Below, piece by piece: positions 53,498 to 64,000 of a stretch of DNA of 64,000 bases. Source of the stretch: Paecilomyces variotii (Eukaryota). The first letter of the stretch is position 1. Every line of letters begins with the position of its first letter. Made by a program: the position numbers and the translations under genes. Location of the stretch: NCBI GenBank assembly GCA_004022145.1, contig RCNU01000006.1, one strand, 5' to 3'. The notes beneath the pieces were generated by a model. The model ran no database searches and was not told the origin of the DNA. It saw nothing but the letters and a program-made list of their open reading frames with translations.

Positions 53498-54307
53498 GTT
53501 GAAGCCGTGCCCCTGGACCAGAGAAGCCGGTGATGCAATAAGACCAGAACAGCTTCTGCCGTTAGAGATATCCTAGACGCCCAACGGTGGCACGCCCACC
53601 ATTGGTCCTGCCGTGGGCGTACCGTATCCCCGTTTCGAACGAGCTGGGCCAACCGAGTTCGCCAGGACAACTTGGATGACTGCCTCACCCGGACTGGGTT
53701 TGACCGCTTCACCCTTCGTGTATATCTTAGTTAAGGGTGGGTATCATTTTAATCCCCTCCTCCGCCTCTTGCCCACCAGGACTGGTTGGGCTGAGCCGAG
53801 TGAAACTCAAAAACCCTTGACGTTTCCCCATATTATCTTATTTTAGGCCTCTCCATTTGGATCACCGGCTTTTTCTACCGTTGTCTTTCTGCTCTCTCAT
53901 TCATTCATCGTTGGGAGATCTAATCATTATAATTCTCCTGCTGCAAGATTTCCCCAAGTCAAATCTTCCATTTCTCCGATCTGTCTTCTTCTAATACCTC
54001 AGCCACACCCTACGATACCTTTGACCAGGCACGTGTTGGACCTTGTCGACTATCTGGTGTAATTGATCCCAGCCAAATCCTGGTCGACCATCCTCCTGTT
54101 TGATGCGCCCCGATTGCGGCCCTGTCGTTTCAGCATCCAGCGTTTCACACAGCTCAAGTTGCCTGTAGCTGAAGAGCTGTATATCTCTAACAAAGCTTTC
54201 CTCTTAAAAACCTAGAGGACCATCCGCTGCAAGCCCTGCGTGTCTGGGTTCACGCGGTCCAGTCTTTGCGAAGACAAGCGAAGAAGAGTTCCGTCCAAGA
54301 CGCGCAT

Positions 54308-55289
54308 ATGATCGTGGTACAAAACCCAGTCTCTATCCCGTCCGCCAAAGTGGATATCTCACTGCTGCTGAAGCCGCAAGATGAGGAAGGCCCGGCGGCG
54401 CCGAGAGCTTCGGCGACATCGTCCAGGACGATCTTAACACCGGTGGCGCCATCAGCAGCTGTTGCGACAGGAACAAGCACCGCTTCCACATTTGCGACTT
54501 CAGCACGTCCTGCCAGTGCCGGTGTTCCTTCGTCGGTGCCAGCAAAGCGCCTTCAGTCTGCGCACCCTGCGGAATCACCTGCGAAAAAGCAGTCGAAGTG
54601 GTCTCCTGAAGAAGATGCCTTGATCATTGAGCTGCGCGGTAGCGGAATGAAATGGGAGGATATCAGCAAGAGATTGCCCGGTCGAAGCGCGATCAGTTGT
54701 CGCCTCCATTACCAGAACTATCTTGAGCGCCGGAGCGAGTGGGACGAGGACAGGAAGAACAAGCTAGCCAGGCTATACGAAAGGTAAGCCTTTGGAAAGG
54801 AGCCACGACGCTGGATATTGAGCTGCGACTTTCTTTAAAGTGAACGGATGCCAAAGACTGAATATTGACTGACTCGGTTACATGGACAGGTTCAAAGCGG
54901 AGATGTGGGCCAAAGTCGCTGAAGAAATGGCCATTCCATGGAGAGCGGCAGAAGCAATGCACTGGCAGTTAGGGGAACAAGAAATGGCTCGCAGAGCCGG
55001 TGTTGTACCGTTTTCGCTATCCAATACTTCCATTGATCCTCCGACCACGAAACATCGCCGGGGCAATACCGTCATGCCGCGACTGAGGAGTGGATCTGCA
55101 CCACGACCACCTCCTCCCCAGCTCCCTTCGGTTGAAGAGCTCACGGCTGGCGTCCCAGCATATGCACCGCTTCCACTACCTCCGAGAAACCCTTACCAAA
55201 TCCGAGGATCGCCTCCAGAATTTCGCACCAGCCTTTATGGCCCTCAAGTGGGAGGTGGCTCAGGACCTCCGCCCCGTACGCATCCATAA
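54308..55289 (+). CDS. Myb-like DNA-binding transcription factor; intron 54784-54889
   Basis: 'KWSPEEDALIIELRGSGMKWEDISKRLPGRSAISCRLHY' plus a second degenerate repeat 'WDEDRKNKLARLYER|FKAEMWAKVAEEM'. Confidence 0.9.
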
Positions 55290-55561
55290 GAAACGACGTG
55301 AATGCCTGATGTCTCTTTTGCGTTGATTTTGAATTGCATAGCGCGGTGGGAGGTAGACAGTCATCTTCTGGACAGACGTGTTTGCAGTTCCCATTTTGCT
55401 TTTTTTTTTGTGGATATTTTATTATGTTTAGATTCCCCCACATTTCACTCACGACGGATGGCCTTTTTTCTTTCATCTTCATTCCTGTCATGTTGGATCC
55501 AGGAAAGGTTTGCTTTCGAGATTGAGTCTTGAAGCAATGACCGAGCTCCGTGATTTCTTTT

Positions 55562-56588
55562 TCATGTCTCTGGGGATCGCGTTGCGATCGCCCACCAATT
55601 GTCTTTATCATACCCCGAGTCCAGGACTTTGCCTCCTGCACTGCATATATCACGCTCCAACTCTCCTGATTCATACAGGTGGTAATATCGATGAAATACC
55701 TTTTGTTCGTTGTTTGAACCAGATTCAGTCGGTTTTTGCTTTAGAACCCAAGGTACCATGATATCCTGCTGGTCACCTTTGTCCCAGCCTCTACGGCTTT
55801 CCTTTTGCTCCAGAGCCCACACGTAGACCAAGGCCGTGCCGCCTCTGCTGTTGTTAGTGGTCGGTTTCAGAGTCTGTAATATCTCAGCTATTGCGCGAAC
55901 TCTTCTCTCTGGCGTTGATAGATGATGAATCACGGCAATTGATATGGCAAAATCGAAGCGAGAATACGGATGCGGTAGATCCAGGATATCAGCCAAAATA
56001 GTCGAGTGTGGCTGGTGTTTTATGGCAATACGTGCCAGAGCCTCAGACCTGCCTTACAATTAACACGGGCCCTTCGTAATGTAATATTACAAAGGATCGA
56101 CATTTTATAGACAGGGGACATAATCGAATTGCTTAAAAAAAGAAAACATGAAGACGTAAAAAATATAAAACAAATAAGAAAAAAAAATACCGCAGATATT
56201 CCCAACTTACCTATCTGACGCTACAATGAATACGTCAGGATTGACGGTTAGGTACTTGCCATTACCGCACCCGATGTCAAGCCCAATAGAGCCAGGAGTT
56301 TGTTCCTTCAAAAACCGCTCCACTACAGGCCATGGCTGCAGGAATTAAGATACAAGTCAGTAAATGGTGTTTCGAAGCAAATCCAATAATGTAACAATTT
56401 ATAATCACAAAATCACGCAAATAGGAAAGTGTAGGCTAGGTAAAAAAAAAATTAGGTCTTACCTTGTACCGCGTAGCGGAGAAATGCTGTGCGATCTGTT
56501 GGTACACCTGATGCACATGTTCCTCCTCGTATGCTTCGCTATTTTCGTGCGGCTTGGTGCTCGAGTTCGAAACCTCGGATGATGCCAT
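55562..56588 (-). CDS. TRM9: tRNA wobble-uridine (mcm5U) methyltransferase Trm9 (two introns)
   Basis: 'HVHQVYQQIAQHFSATRYK|PWP', 'GLDIGCGNGKY', 'FDFAISIAVIHHL', 'VYVWALEQ', 'RYYHLY', 'DKDNWW'. Confidence 0.95.
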
Positions 56589-57588
56589 GTTTGTAGTGTC
56601 ACAGATTTACTGGGAAGTGTGGTGAGTTTCAATCAATGGGTAGATAGATACATCGAGATCCCAGTAAATTATGCCTGCTGGCCGTCGTGGACATTAAGAG
56701 GGACTGATCGATCTGAGATCAATTAAAGTTTCGTAGCGGCACGGGACCCTTGCTTGTCACGTGGTACGGTGATGTGGGAAAGTAACGGCGTCGATAACAT
56801 GTTGGATTATGGATGTTTCTTTAGCATGGAATTTCTCTGGGGAGTTGTTTTGTTGGAATATGAGCATATTATTTATTATATGAGACTTTTAGTTCATATT
56901 GTTCCTTCTAGAAAATCCGCCAAATCCTGCTTGTATTCGATAACTACCGTCACTACTTAGACGGCACAACTCTCAGATATTAGAGGGTCCTAAACTGGAT
57001 AAGACAATTACACGGACTCAAAGGCCCTCCATTGTTACTTCATACTCGGGTATTATTTAGCTTTACAAGGGTTTCGATCGAAGCAGAGCTCAAATAAGCT
57101 AAAGTGACTGTATCGTGTAACCAGATGGCAGTATAGTACTGATGACTAATCAATGGCATTGTGTGCGGCACAGAAAACCAAGGAATTGTCTGCAAAGTGT
57201 TGTACTTAATAATAATGTACTAGAGTAAGTAAAGTTTAGATTTCGGGTGCCGTCGCTGGAGACATCAAGTTATTCTTCTATTCAGGGGCCATACAGCAGG
57301 ACTCACTGCAGCAAAGAATATCCAGCCAGTTCTGTGCAAATTCCGGGTACTTGGTAAGTGGTTTAAACGGCTAATCTTTCTTCTCCCTGTTCTGGTGCGC
57401 TGGCAGTTGGCTAGTTGCCCTCTTTCCTGAACAGGACAGCTAACGTGACTATCGATAACCCCCTTTTCCCGTCTTGTTTCCTCTTTCGGTATTCTTTTAT
57501 ACCACTCTGTGGCATTTTGTCCTCTTTGATTAGGCCTTTATGAGGACTGCTCTAATAATTTATAAAAGGATAATACTGGCTGCCCAAG

Positions 57589-58978
57589 ATGTCTTTCCAA
57601 CCAACTCCAATAGATGTCCCCGTCATTATCTCCGTGCCTGGCTCGGGGCCAACCGCGGACAGTACTCCAACTCTTGGAGCTGAACGGCGCATTACTCCCT
57701 CATGGACTGTCCTCCAGCTGAAAGGCAAACTGGAGACCATGACTGGTATACCGCCTAGCTGCCAAAGACTCAAGCTCAAGGCTCCAGGAAGGCAAGACCA
57801 GTGGCTCGAGGGTGATGAGCAGGTCCTTGAAATCTATGGACTATCAAAAGGATGCGAGATCGAGGTAGGTGTCTAAATTCTGTCTTTGACTTGTTCTCCG
57901 ATTTGTCAATGAGGTCCAGATTCGGGACATTGCTCTTCGGGCTTCTTCATTGGTGTTCTCTTGTACCATTTGTATGTACTATCGAACTTGGTAGATTCCA
58001 GATATGCTCCTATGCGAGGTATTCTGGAATCTACTGATATGCGATTAGTACCCGATTTCTGCATATAGAATCATGAATTATGTCTTGACTTGTTTCTGCT
58101 TTTCTCATCCTTTCAAATGACATTCCGACACCAGAAAACGCAAACTGTTACCCCCCTTCCCCCGAAATGGCGATGCTATATTCCTACTCCACTGCATTTC
58201 CTACAATATCTCACCTTTCACCATGGGATCTAGAATTCCACCAGCCATAATATACTGACCATAACCTTAACAGGTCCACGACACCCGACCTCCAGCCGCA
58301 AGACCCAATTTCACCGACCTCTCCTCAGTACAGAAATATGAACTCCCCACCTCTACTTACGAGTCCCTGCCCAATTCTGTCCTGGCATGGAAGAAATCCC
58401 AGAAGCTGGGCCGTTTTGACCCCAAAGCACGATCACCTGAGGAGTTGATGCGTGAACAGGCGCAAAAGGACGTCGAGGAAGTTAAGAAGAGGGGTAAGTG
58501 GTTCTTTCTGTTTCTTTCTTTCTTTCTTTCTTTCTCTTTTCGTGTATATGGATTCCAAACTTACTGTCCTTTTTCTCCGTTCTCCTGTTCCATATGCTAA
58601 ATACCGGTATTATGTGTAGGCATCACAGTCGACGCTCGTGCGATCATTCTTCCATCTTCGCCTCCACACATCCGTCGTGGAACTATCCGTTTCGTCGGTC
58701 CTGTGCCTACGATTCCATTCGCTGGTATTAAACCGAACCCCGCAAGCGAGGATGATGAATCAGACGCTGGCGTATCATCGTCGGAGCAGCAGCCTCTCTG
58801 GGTTGGGATTGAGCTTGATGAACCATTGGGTAAGAATGATGGTAGCGTAGGTGGACAGCGTTACTTTAACTGTCCTGCGAAAACTGGTGTGTTTGTGAAG
58901 CCGGATAAGGTGGAGGTGGGTGACTTCCCGCCTTTGGGACTGGATGATGACCTGGATGAAGATATGGAGGAGATTTGA
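57589..58978 (+). CDS. alp11: Tubulin-folding cofactor B (Alp11/Alf1; UBL + CAP-Gly); introns 57865-58273 and about 58494-58619
   Basis: '[25 protein letters not shown]', '[16 protein letters not shown]', CAP-Gly '[17 protein letters not shown]...GVFVKP'. Confidence 0.93.
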
Positions 58979-59306
58979 TGGTTTAGCCTTGCAGAAGATA
59001 TGCTAGGTATCTTGATTCTATAGTGATAGAAGGATATATGCGTGGCTTTGCCAGTGAGGATGTCTACGAGGAATCAAAGTCAAAATGGTTTAGAAACTTC
59101 CAGTCTTGAATATTATAGATAGGTCCAAATATGATTGGTATCACGCAGTGACTCCTAAGCCCCCGAATCCCCTCGACTCTGAAAAGGATATAGACTCGCA
59201 CCCGCCACAAAAGAGACCCCAACCAACATGGTGAAGGTTAAATATTTACAGGCACATAAAATTATAACGTGAAAAGTACCAAATCAAATCGTTACCAATG
59301 CGCTGT

Positions 59307-61539
59307 CTACTTAGCACCAGCTTTCTGTTTTCCTCTGGGCCGGCCTTTTGTGCTATTTGTAGCACGGCCTGTGCTTGCTTCTGCTGTAGATTCCTCCTCC
59401 GTGGCAGGCTTTGAACTTTCTGCGGCGGCAGCAGCGGCTTCTCCTTCAGTAGGGATGCATCCTTGCGTGAAAAAGAGCCGAGCATCTTTCTCGTACGCAT
59501 TCGCGAAGCTATAGTAATTTCCTATGGAGAAGATATGTCAGTATTTCTTGTTCTACGTCTGTATTATTCCCATAGAATGGTTGAATTACCTCTTGGAACT
59601 TGGAAAACGCATCCTTTCCCAGCGCTGAACTGAACGCCAGAAATGTCGACTTGTACTCTGCCATGGCAAACATAGAATACCATATGCATTCTCTTCGAGT
59701 TCTTCGGTTTTTTGACACCACCAGGCGGCAATTCAACAATACCAGAGCCCAAGAATGGAGAGCTGAGCAACTTGGCGAAGCGGAACGTCGAGTCTTTCAC
59801 TTCACGCGTCTCTATCCCTGCAGGGCCATATGCTATATCTGTGTTATTAAAGTTAGTATATCTGCGGCATGGACAGCTAGAAAATTTCACTACATACCAA
59901 GCACGTCATCATCTTCCGTTGTAGTTTGAGTTTCTGGGTCCCATTTCCTAACATATCCATGAAGGATACCTTCTTTCTCCCAAGGATCAGAGTTGTCCTG
60001 GGTCTCGTCTTCTGATTCGTCATCCGGATTCTTCTTAGACTTCGACTTTGATTTCTTAGAAGATTTTCGCTTTGAACCTGCCCTCTTTTCAGGCTCGACG
60101 TCTTCCGTCCGAATAATTTCCTTGATAGTAGTCAATGGGAACCGTTCGCCGACTTGCGCTTCTTCATCACCATAGACACATCTCTCATTGCGCCAATATG
60201 CCAGCGGCCGTACTGATACTCGTCCGGACCGAGTATGCGTGGCTACCTGGTCAGGATTTTCACGCTTTAATATATATAGGCTGCGACCTTTCAGAGGACC
60301 TGTACGGTTGGCATAGTTCTCAACGACCTTGTCCAGTTCTGCGTTCCCTGTAGCTTTCGGACCTTGGTTCTTTGGTCCTGTGGTCTTCGATTTCTTTGCC
60401 GGCCTTTGTTCAGTGGGCTCCTCCTCTTCATCGCGCTGGGTCTTTGACGGCCTTCCCGCCTGCTTGCGTTTAGATGTTCCATTAGCCTGAGTAGTATTCG
60501 CTTTTGACCCACGTTGCGATACTTGGTCCTTGGCGCTAGCTTTCCTTTGAACAGTGGATTCTTTACTGGCCTTTCTCGGCTCCGGTACTGGTGATTCCGC
60601 TTCTGAAATATCTTCATTCTGCTCGACATCGGATGGCACACCCTCTTGGAGGTTTTCTTCGGCGCCCAGCGGCTCGTCATTTTCGTCGCCGCCGGAACTG
60701 TTGATGATGTCTTGGACTTCTGACATATCTCCCAGATTCTCGTCGCCGCTGAGTAGACCGTTTCCATCTCCATCAGAGAAGTCTGCAGTGGTGTCATGGT
60801 CAAAAGCAATCTCCTTTCCCTTGCCCTTTCCGTTCACTCCATTAACGCGCGATGCGGGCGCTGCATTCGGCCGTCGTTGGCTGAGAGGTGATCTAATGTG
60901 TCTTCCAGCCTCGGAAGTCCTGTTGTTTAGCTGACGACCGGTAGATGGGCTAGAAGATGGTTGGTCGCTGCGCGGAATCGGCGACGAACGCAATGCAGGA
61001 GTCCGCCGTGGAGAGCCCGTCAGGCCTGTCTTCATAGGCGATCGAGCAACGGGGGGAGGGAAATAAGAATTGCGTCCACTTGCACCGGCAAGGAAATCAC
61101 CCGGGCCAGGAGCACTACCTGTGTAATGTATTAGCTATCAATGCGTAAAAAAAAATTCGAGCTCTGACCATCTAGGGAGTATTAGGGGAACAACAACGGT
61201 GTTTTGACGACTTACCATCGTCGATGGACATACCATCTGAATTGCTATCTGATTCATTATCATGCGCGAAACCATTCAATCCCGTAGGCGACTTCTCCGG
61301 CGACGAGAACATGCCGTCGATCTCTTCCATTCCATGTTCATCTCGCTTTCCTTCCTTCAGAGTAATCCCGGTCCGTCTGTGATTATTCGCCGTCTGATTA
61401 GCTTCCCATTCTAGTTTTCGCGACCTTGTCCATCTCAATCTATCCCTTATAGCGAAAATAGAAAAGATACTCACCTTCCTGCCTTCCCCACATTGGAATA
61501 GTCATAGTCGCGAGCTCTTACAGGTGCTCGGGGAGCCAT
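59307..61539 (-). CDS. MIF2: Inner kinetochore protein CENP-C/Mif2/Cnp3 (multi-exon)
   Basis: Mif2_N 'GRRTGITLKEGKRDEHGMEEIDGMFSSP', CENP-C motif 'TRSGRVSVRPLAYWRNER', C-terminal cupin 'FQVPRGN', AT-hook-like GRPRGK. Confidence 0.92.
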
Positions 61540-61559
61540 AGTTGCGGAGGGTCCGCAGT

Positions 61560-61800
61560 GGCCGGTCTGGCGCGGAAAAGACAGCGATCAAGACCAGTCG
61601 ATTTCAGCTCCAAACGAAGAGCGCTTTTGCGAACGTCCAGTCTCTCAGAACAACGCGCCTTCGCGATAGATCGTAGGGGCAGTTCGTCGCGGATATGGTG
61701 GAGGGGAAGTTCAACCAGAGCAATGAGCATCTCTCCAGTCTCGCCAACACGCGCCGCACGCGCTAGACTCAAACAGGGCCGACGCGTCTCTTCCACCGCC
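61560..61800. promoter_or_regulatory. Bidirectional MIF2/RNH201 promoter with MCB-like elements
   Basis: ACGCGT at 61782-61787 plus several CGCG cores (about 61571, 61654, 61663, 61750, 61759) between two head-to-head cell-cycle genes. Confidence 0.55.
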
Positions 61801-61922
61801 CGGCATGAGAGATCGAGACTTGCAGTTTGCAGCAATCATTCAGGTCGCAATTCTTGATTTGGAGTCTCATAGGATATTATCGCATTTGACAGATAGGAAA
61901 AAGAAAACGAAAAAGAAAAAAA

Positions 61923-62981
61923 ATGAATGATCCCATACAGGAACCTGTCGATCTTGCCCAAGAGACACCCCCGACCGACGTCTTCAGACCTCCCTCGATC
62001 GACCGAAGCCGACTGCTCTCCGGCGAGTCATATGCAAACTATACAGAATGTCCTCCGGCGATTATCCTAGATTCCGCAGTACCGGGCTCAGCGGAGACGT
62101 CCGAACCTACTCCATGCGTTCTGGGTGTTGATGAGGCAGGCCGAGGACCTGTCCTTGGACCCATGGTCTACAGCGCCTTCTATCTTCCCCGCGACCTTCA
62201 TCACTCGCTGCTAGCCAAAGACCACGCTTTCAACGACAGTAAAGTCCTCACACCAGGCGTCAGATCGAACCTAATGCGCCTTCTATGTACACCCGGACAC
62301 CCGCTTTTCCAGTCCTGCGGCTGGGCTGTTAAGGTGCTATCCGCACAGGACATCTCTTCAGGCATGATGCGGCCTGGCGCTGGAGTATATAATCTCAACG
62401 CACAAGCAATGGACGCCACGATTGAGATTATCCGTGGAATTGTGGAGGAACGCAAAGTTGATGTCAAAGAAGTATACATCGACACAATCGGAAATCCAGC
62501 GACTTATCAGGCGAAACTGGAGCGGATTTTCCCGACACTCAAGATCACTGTTGCCAAGAAGGCTGATTCACTATACCCTTGTGTCAGTGCTGCGAGTGTG
62601 GTTGCGAAGGTGACAAGAGATGCTGCGTTGGATTTATGCTATGAAGAGTTGATGGACCTCCGACGGAACGCAGGAGGTGATGCGGACGCACTAGAAACTG
62701 CCGCTGAAAGCTGGGGTAGCGGATACCCGTCAGATTCGAAATGTGTTAACTGGCTGAAAAGAGATATGGATCCTATTTTTGGCTGGGGCACTGAGTGTCG
62801 CTTCAGCTGGGGAACGGTAAAGGACTTGCTTGAGGTAAAAGGACCGACTAGAGTTGACTGGCCCGTCGATGAAGCAGAGGCGCAAATCAGCGAATACTTT
62901 CTCAACTCTTCATCTGGACAGAAGGGAAAGGCGGACGAGCTCTCGAGTTGGTATGGGCAAAAGGCGGGAATGATATTTTGA
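61923..62981 (+). CDS. RNH201: Ribonuclease H2 catalytic subunit A
   Basis: 'LGVDEAGRGPVLGPMVY', 'DSKVL', 'YIDTIG', 'KADSLYPCVSAASVVAKV', 'GSGYPSD'. Confidence 0.97.
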   Translation: MNDPIQEPVDLAQETPPTDVFRPPSIDRSRLLSGESYANYTECPPAIILDSAVPGSAETSEPTPCVLGVDEAGRGPVLGPMVYSAFYLPRDLHHSLLAKDHAFNDSKVLTPGVRSNLMRLLCTPGHPLFQSCGWAVKVLSAQDISSGMMRPGAGVYNLNAQAMDATIEIIRGIVEERKVDVKEVYIDTIGNPATYQAKLERIFPTLKITVAKKADSLYPCVSAASVVAKVTRDAALDLCYEELMDLRRNAGGDADALETAAESWGSGYPSDSKCVNWLKRDMDPIFGWGTECRFSWGTVKDLLEVKGPTRVDWPVDEAEAQISEYFLNSSSGQKGKADELSSWYGQKAGMIF

Positions 62982-63236
62982 ATAGTATGATTTAACTACG
63001 GTGTTGTATACGGGCTTGTACGATAGGAATAATGATACCCATGGCCAAAATGGAAGACATCGTCGATTATCATGACATATATGTGATATTCAATTATCCG
63101 TATTAATCTCATCGGGTATCGCCACTGAACTCCCTTAGTATACACGCCGTGTGCCTGACATGGTTTCCTGAAGACAAAGGAATGGAGAAGATACCCTGTC
63201 GAATGTGCTGAAAAGAAGGAGAACAAAACCAATCTG

Positions 63237-64000
63237 CTACAAGGTTGCAGTCGAAAAATAGTAATTATCCCAGAGATACTGGTAGTCTTCGAGGATGCCG
63301 CCAACGAGGTCTAGCAAGGGCACACCCTTCGTCTTTTCGGTCACATTTTTCAGTGACGGCCTGATCGATGTTAGTTCAAATCCAAGTCATTCAGGGGAAT
63401 ACAAGTTCACATACTTCGTGAAGGACTCGTAGAAAGCACCTCTCATCATCCACCAACCCATAGCCCAGCCTCTCTTCTTGAGTTCCTCTCGTTCCAATCC
63501 CGTTAATCCCCGCAGACCCCCGGCGATGCGTTCCCGGAAATCCTTCTTCGCAAGCTGCCGACATCCATATTCCATACCGAATCCAATTAGCCAAGGTCTC
63601 CAGCTACGCTTGTCCTGGCCCCATTTGCGAAGTGCCAGGGCGTAAACGACAGGCCTAAGGATGTACAGGACCTCGGCCAATTGACCCTGGCCGTTGACGC
63701 GGTGCAAGAGAGATTTAGCTGGCTTAACGTCGTCTGCCGTAAGAACCTTGGAAATGAGGAAATTCGACACGTCATTCACATCTGGTAGACTAGGAAGTGA
63801 CAAACGCGTCCGGGGCATCGTCCAACTCAAATCAGATGATCCTGCACTGGCTGGTGATTGCACATCATTGTACTCGTTATCCTCCCGTTCTTCGTTAGCG
63901 GTCATGAGGTCTAGCTCACGTTCCGGTAACGGAGGGCTAACTAGGGGTCTCGAGTTGGTCAATCGAAGCAAGAACAGGCGACATATTGCTTTGATTGTTT
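63237..64000 (-). CDS. PEX16: Peroxin Pex16, 3' part (runs off the window)
   Basis: 'WTMPRTRLSLPSLP', 'AEVLYILRPVVYAL', 'SWRPWLIG', 'WMMRGAFYE', last exon 'ILEDYQYLWDNYYFSTATL*'. Confidence 0.9.

Noticed and set aside
49076-53846. Numerous 60-166 aa ORFs in the long intergenic region
   Set aside because: They overlap in several frames, many have non-ATG starts, and they show no motifs or codon bias; consistent with chance ORFs

Overview
Gene-dense genomic DNA of a filamentous ascomycete (Eurotiales-type gene set and sequence, GT-AG introns with CTRAY branch points). It holds about 24 mostly housekeeping genes: Apc15-like 3' end, BET1, Emi1-like, YME2, a CYP450, CHZ1, HSP70, NCE101, GGC1, ATG8, HEM13, HookA, an I9 inhibitor, PCF11, a Gfo/Idh/MocA oxidoreductase, ADK1, RPN8, a SWIM protein, a Myb factor, TRM9, tubulin cofactor B, CENP-C/MIF2, RNH201 and the 3' part of PEX16. 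There is also one intact dispersed 5S rRNA gene and an 827-bp non-autonomous TIR transposon. The strongest unexplained signals are non-coding. (1) The single 783-nt HSP70 intron carries a run of G-U-rich hairpins, mutually exclusive long-range helices, and three 55-nt tandem repeats that can pair with the region next to the 5' splice site, which suggests a splicing-regulatory RNA switch or thermosensor. (2) An unannotated ~257-nt Pol III-type unit (TATA, A box, B box, T6) lies on the minus strand at 21522-21778. (3) A long hairpin overlaps a cryptic donor in the cofactor B intron. All base pairings were read by eye and were not computed. Gene names come from recognising the protein sequences, not from database searches.
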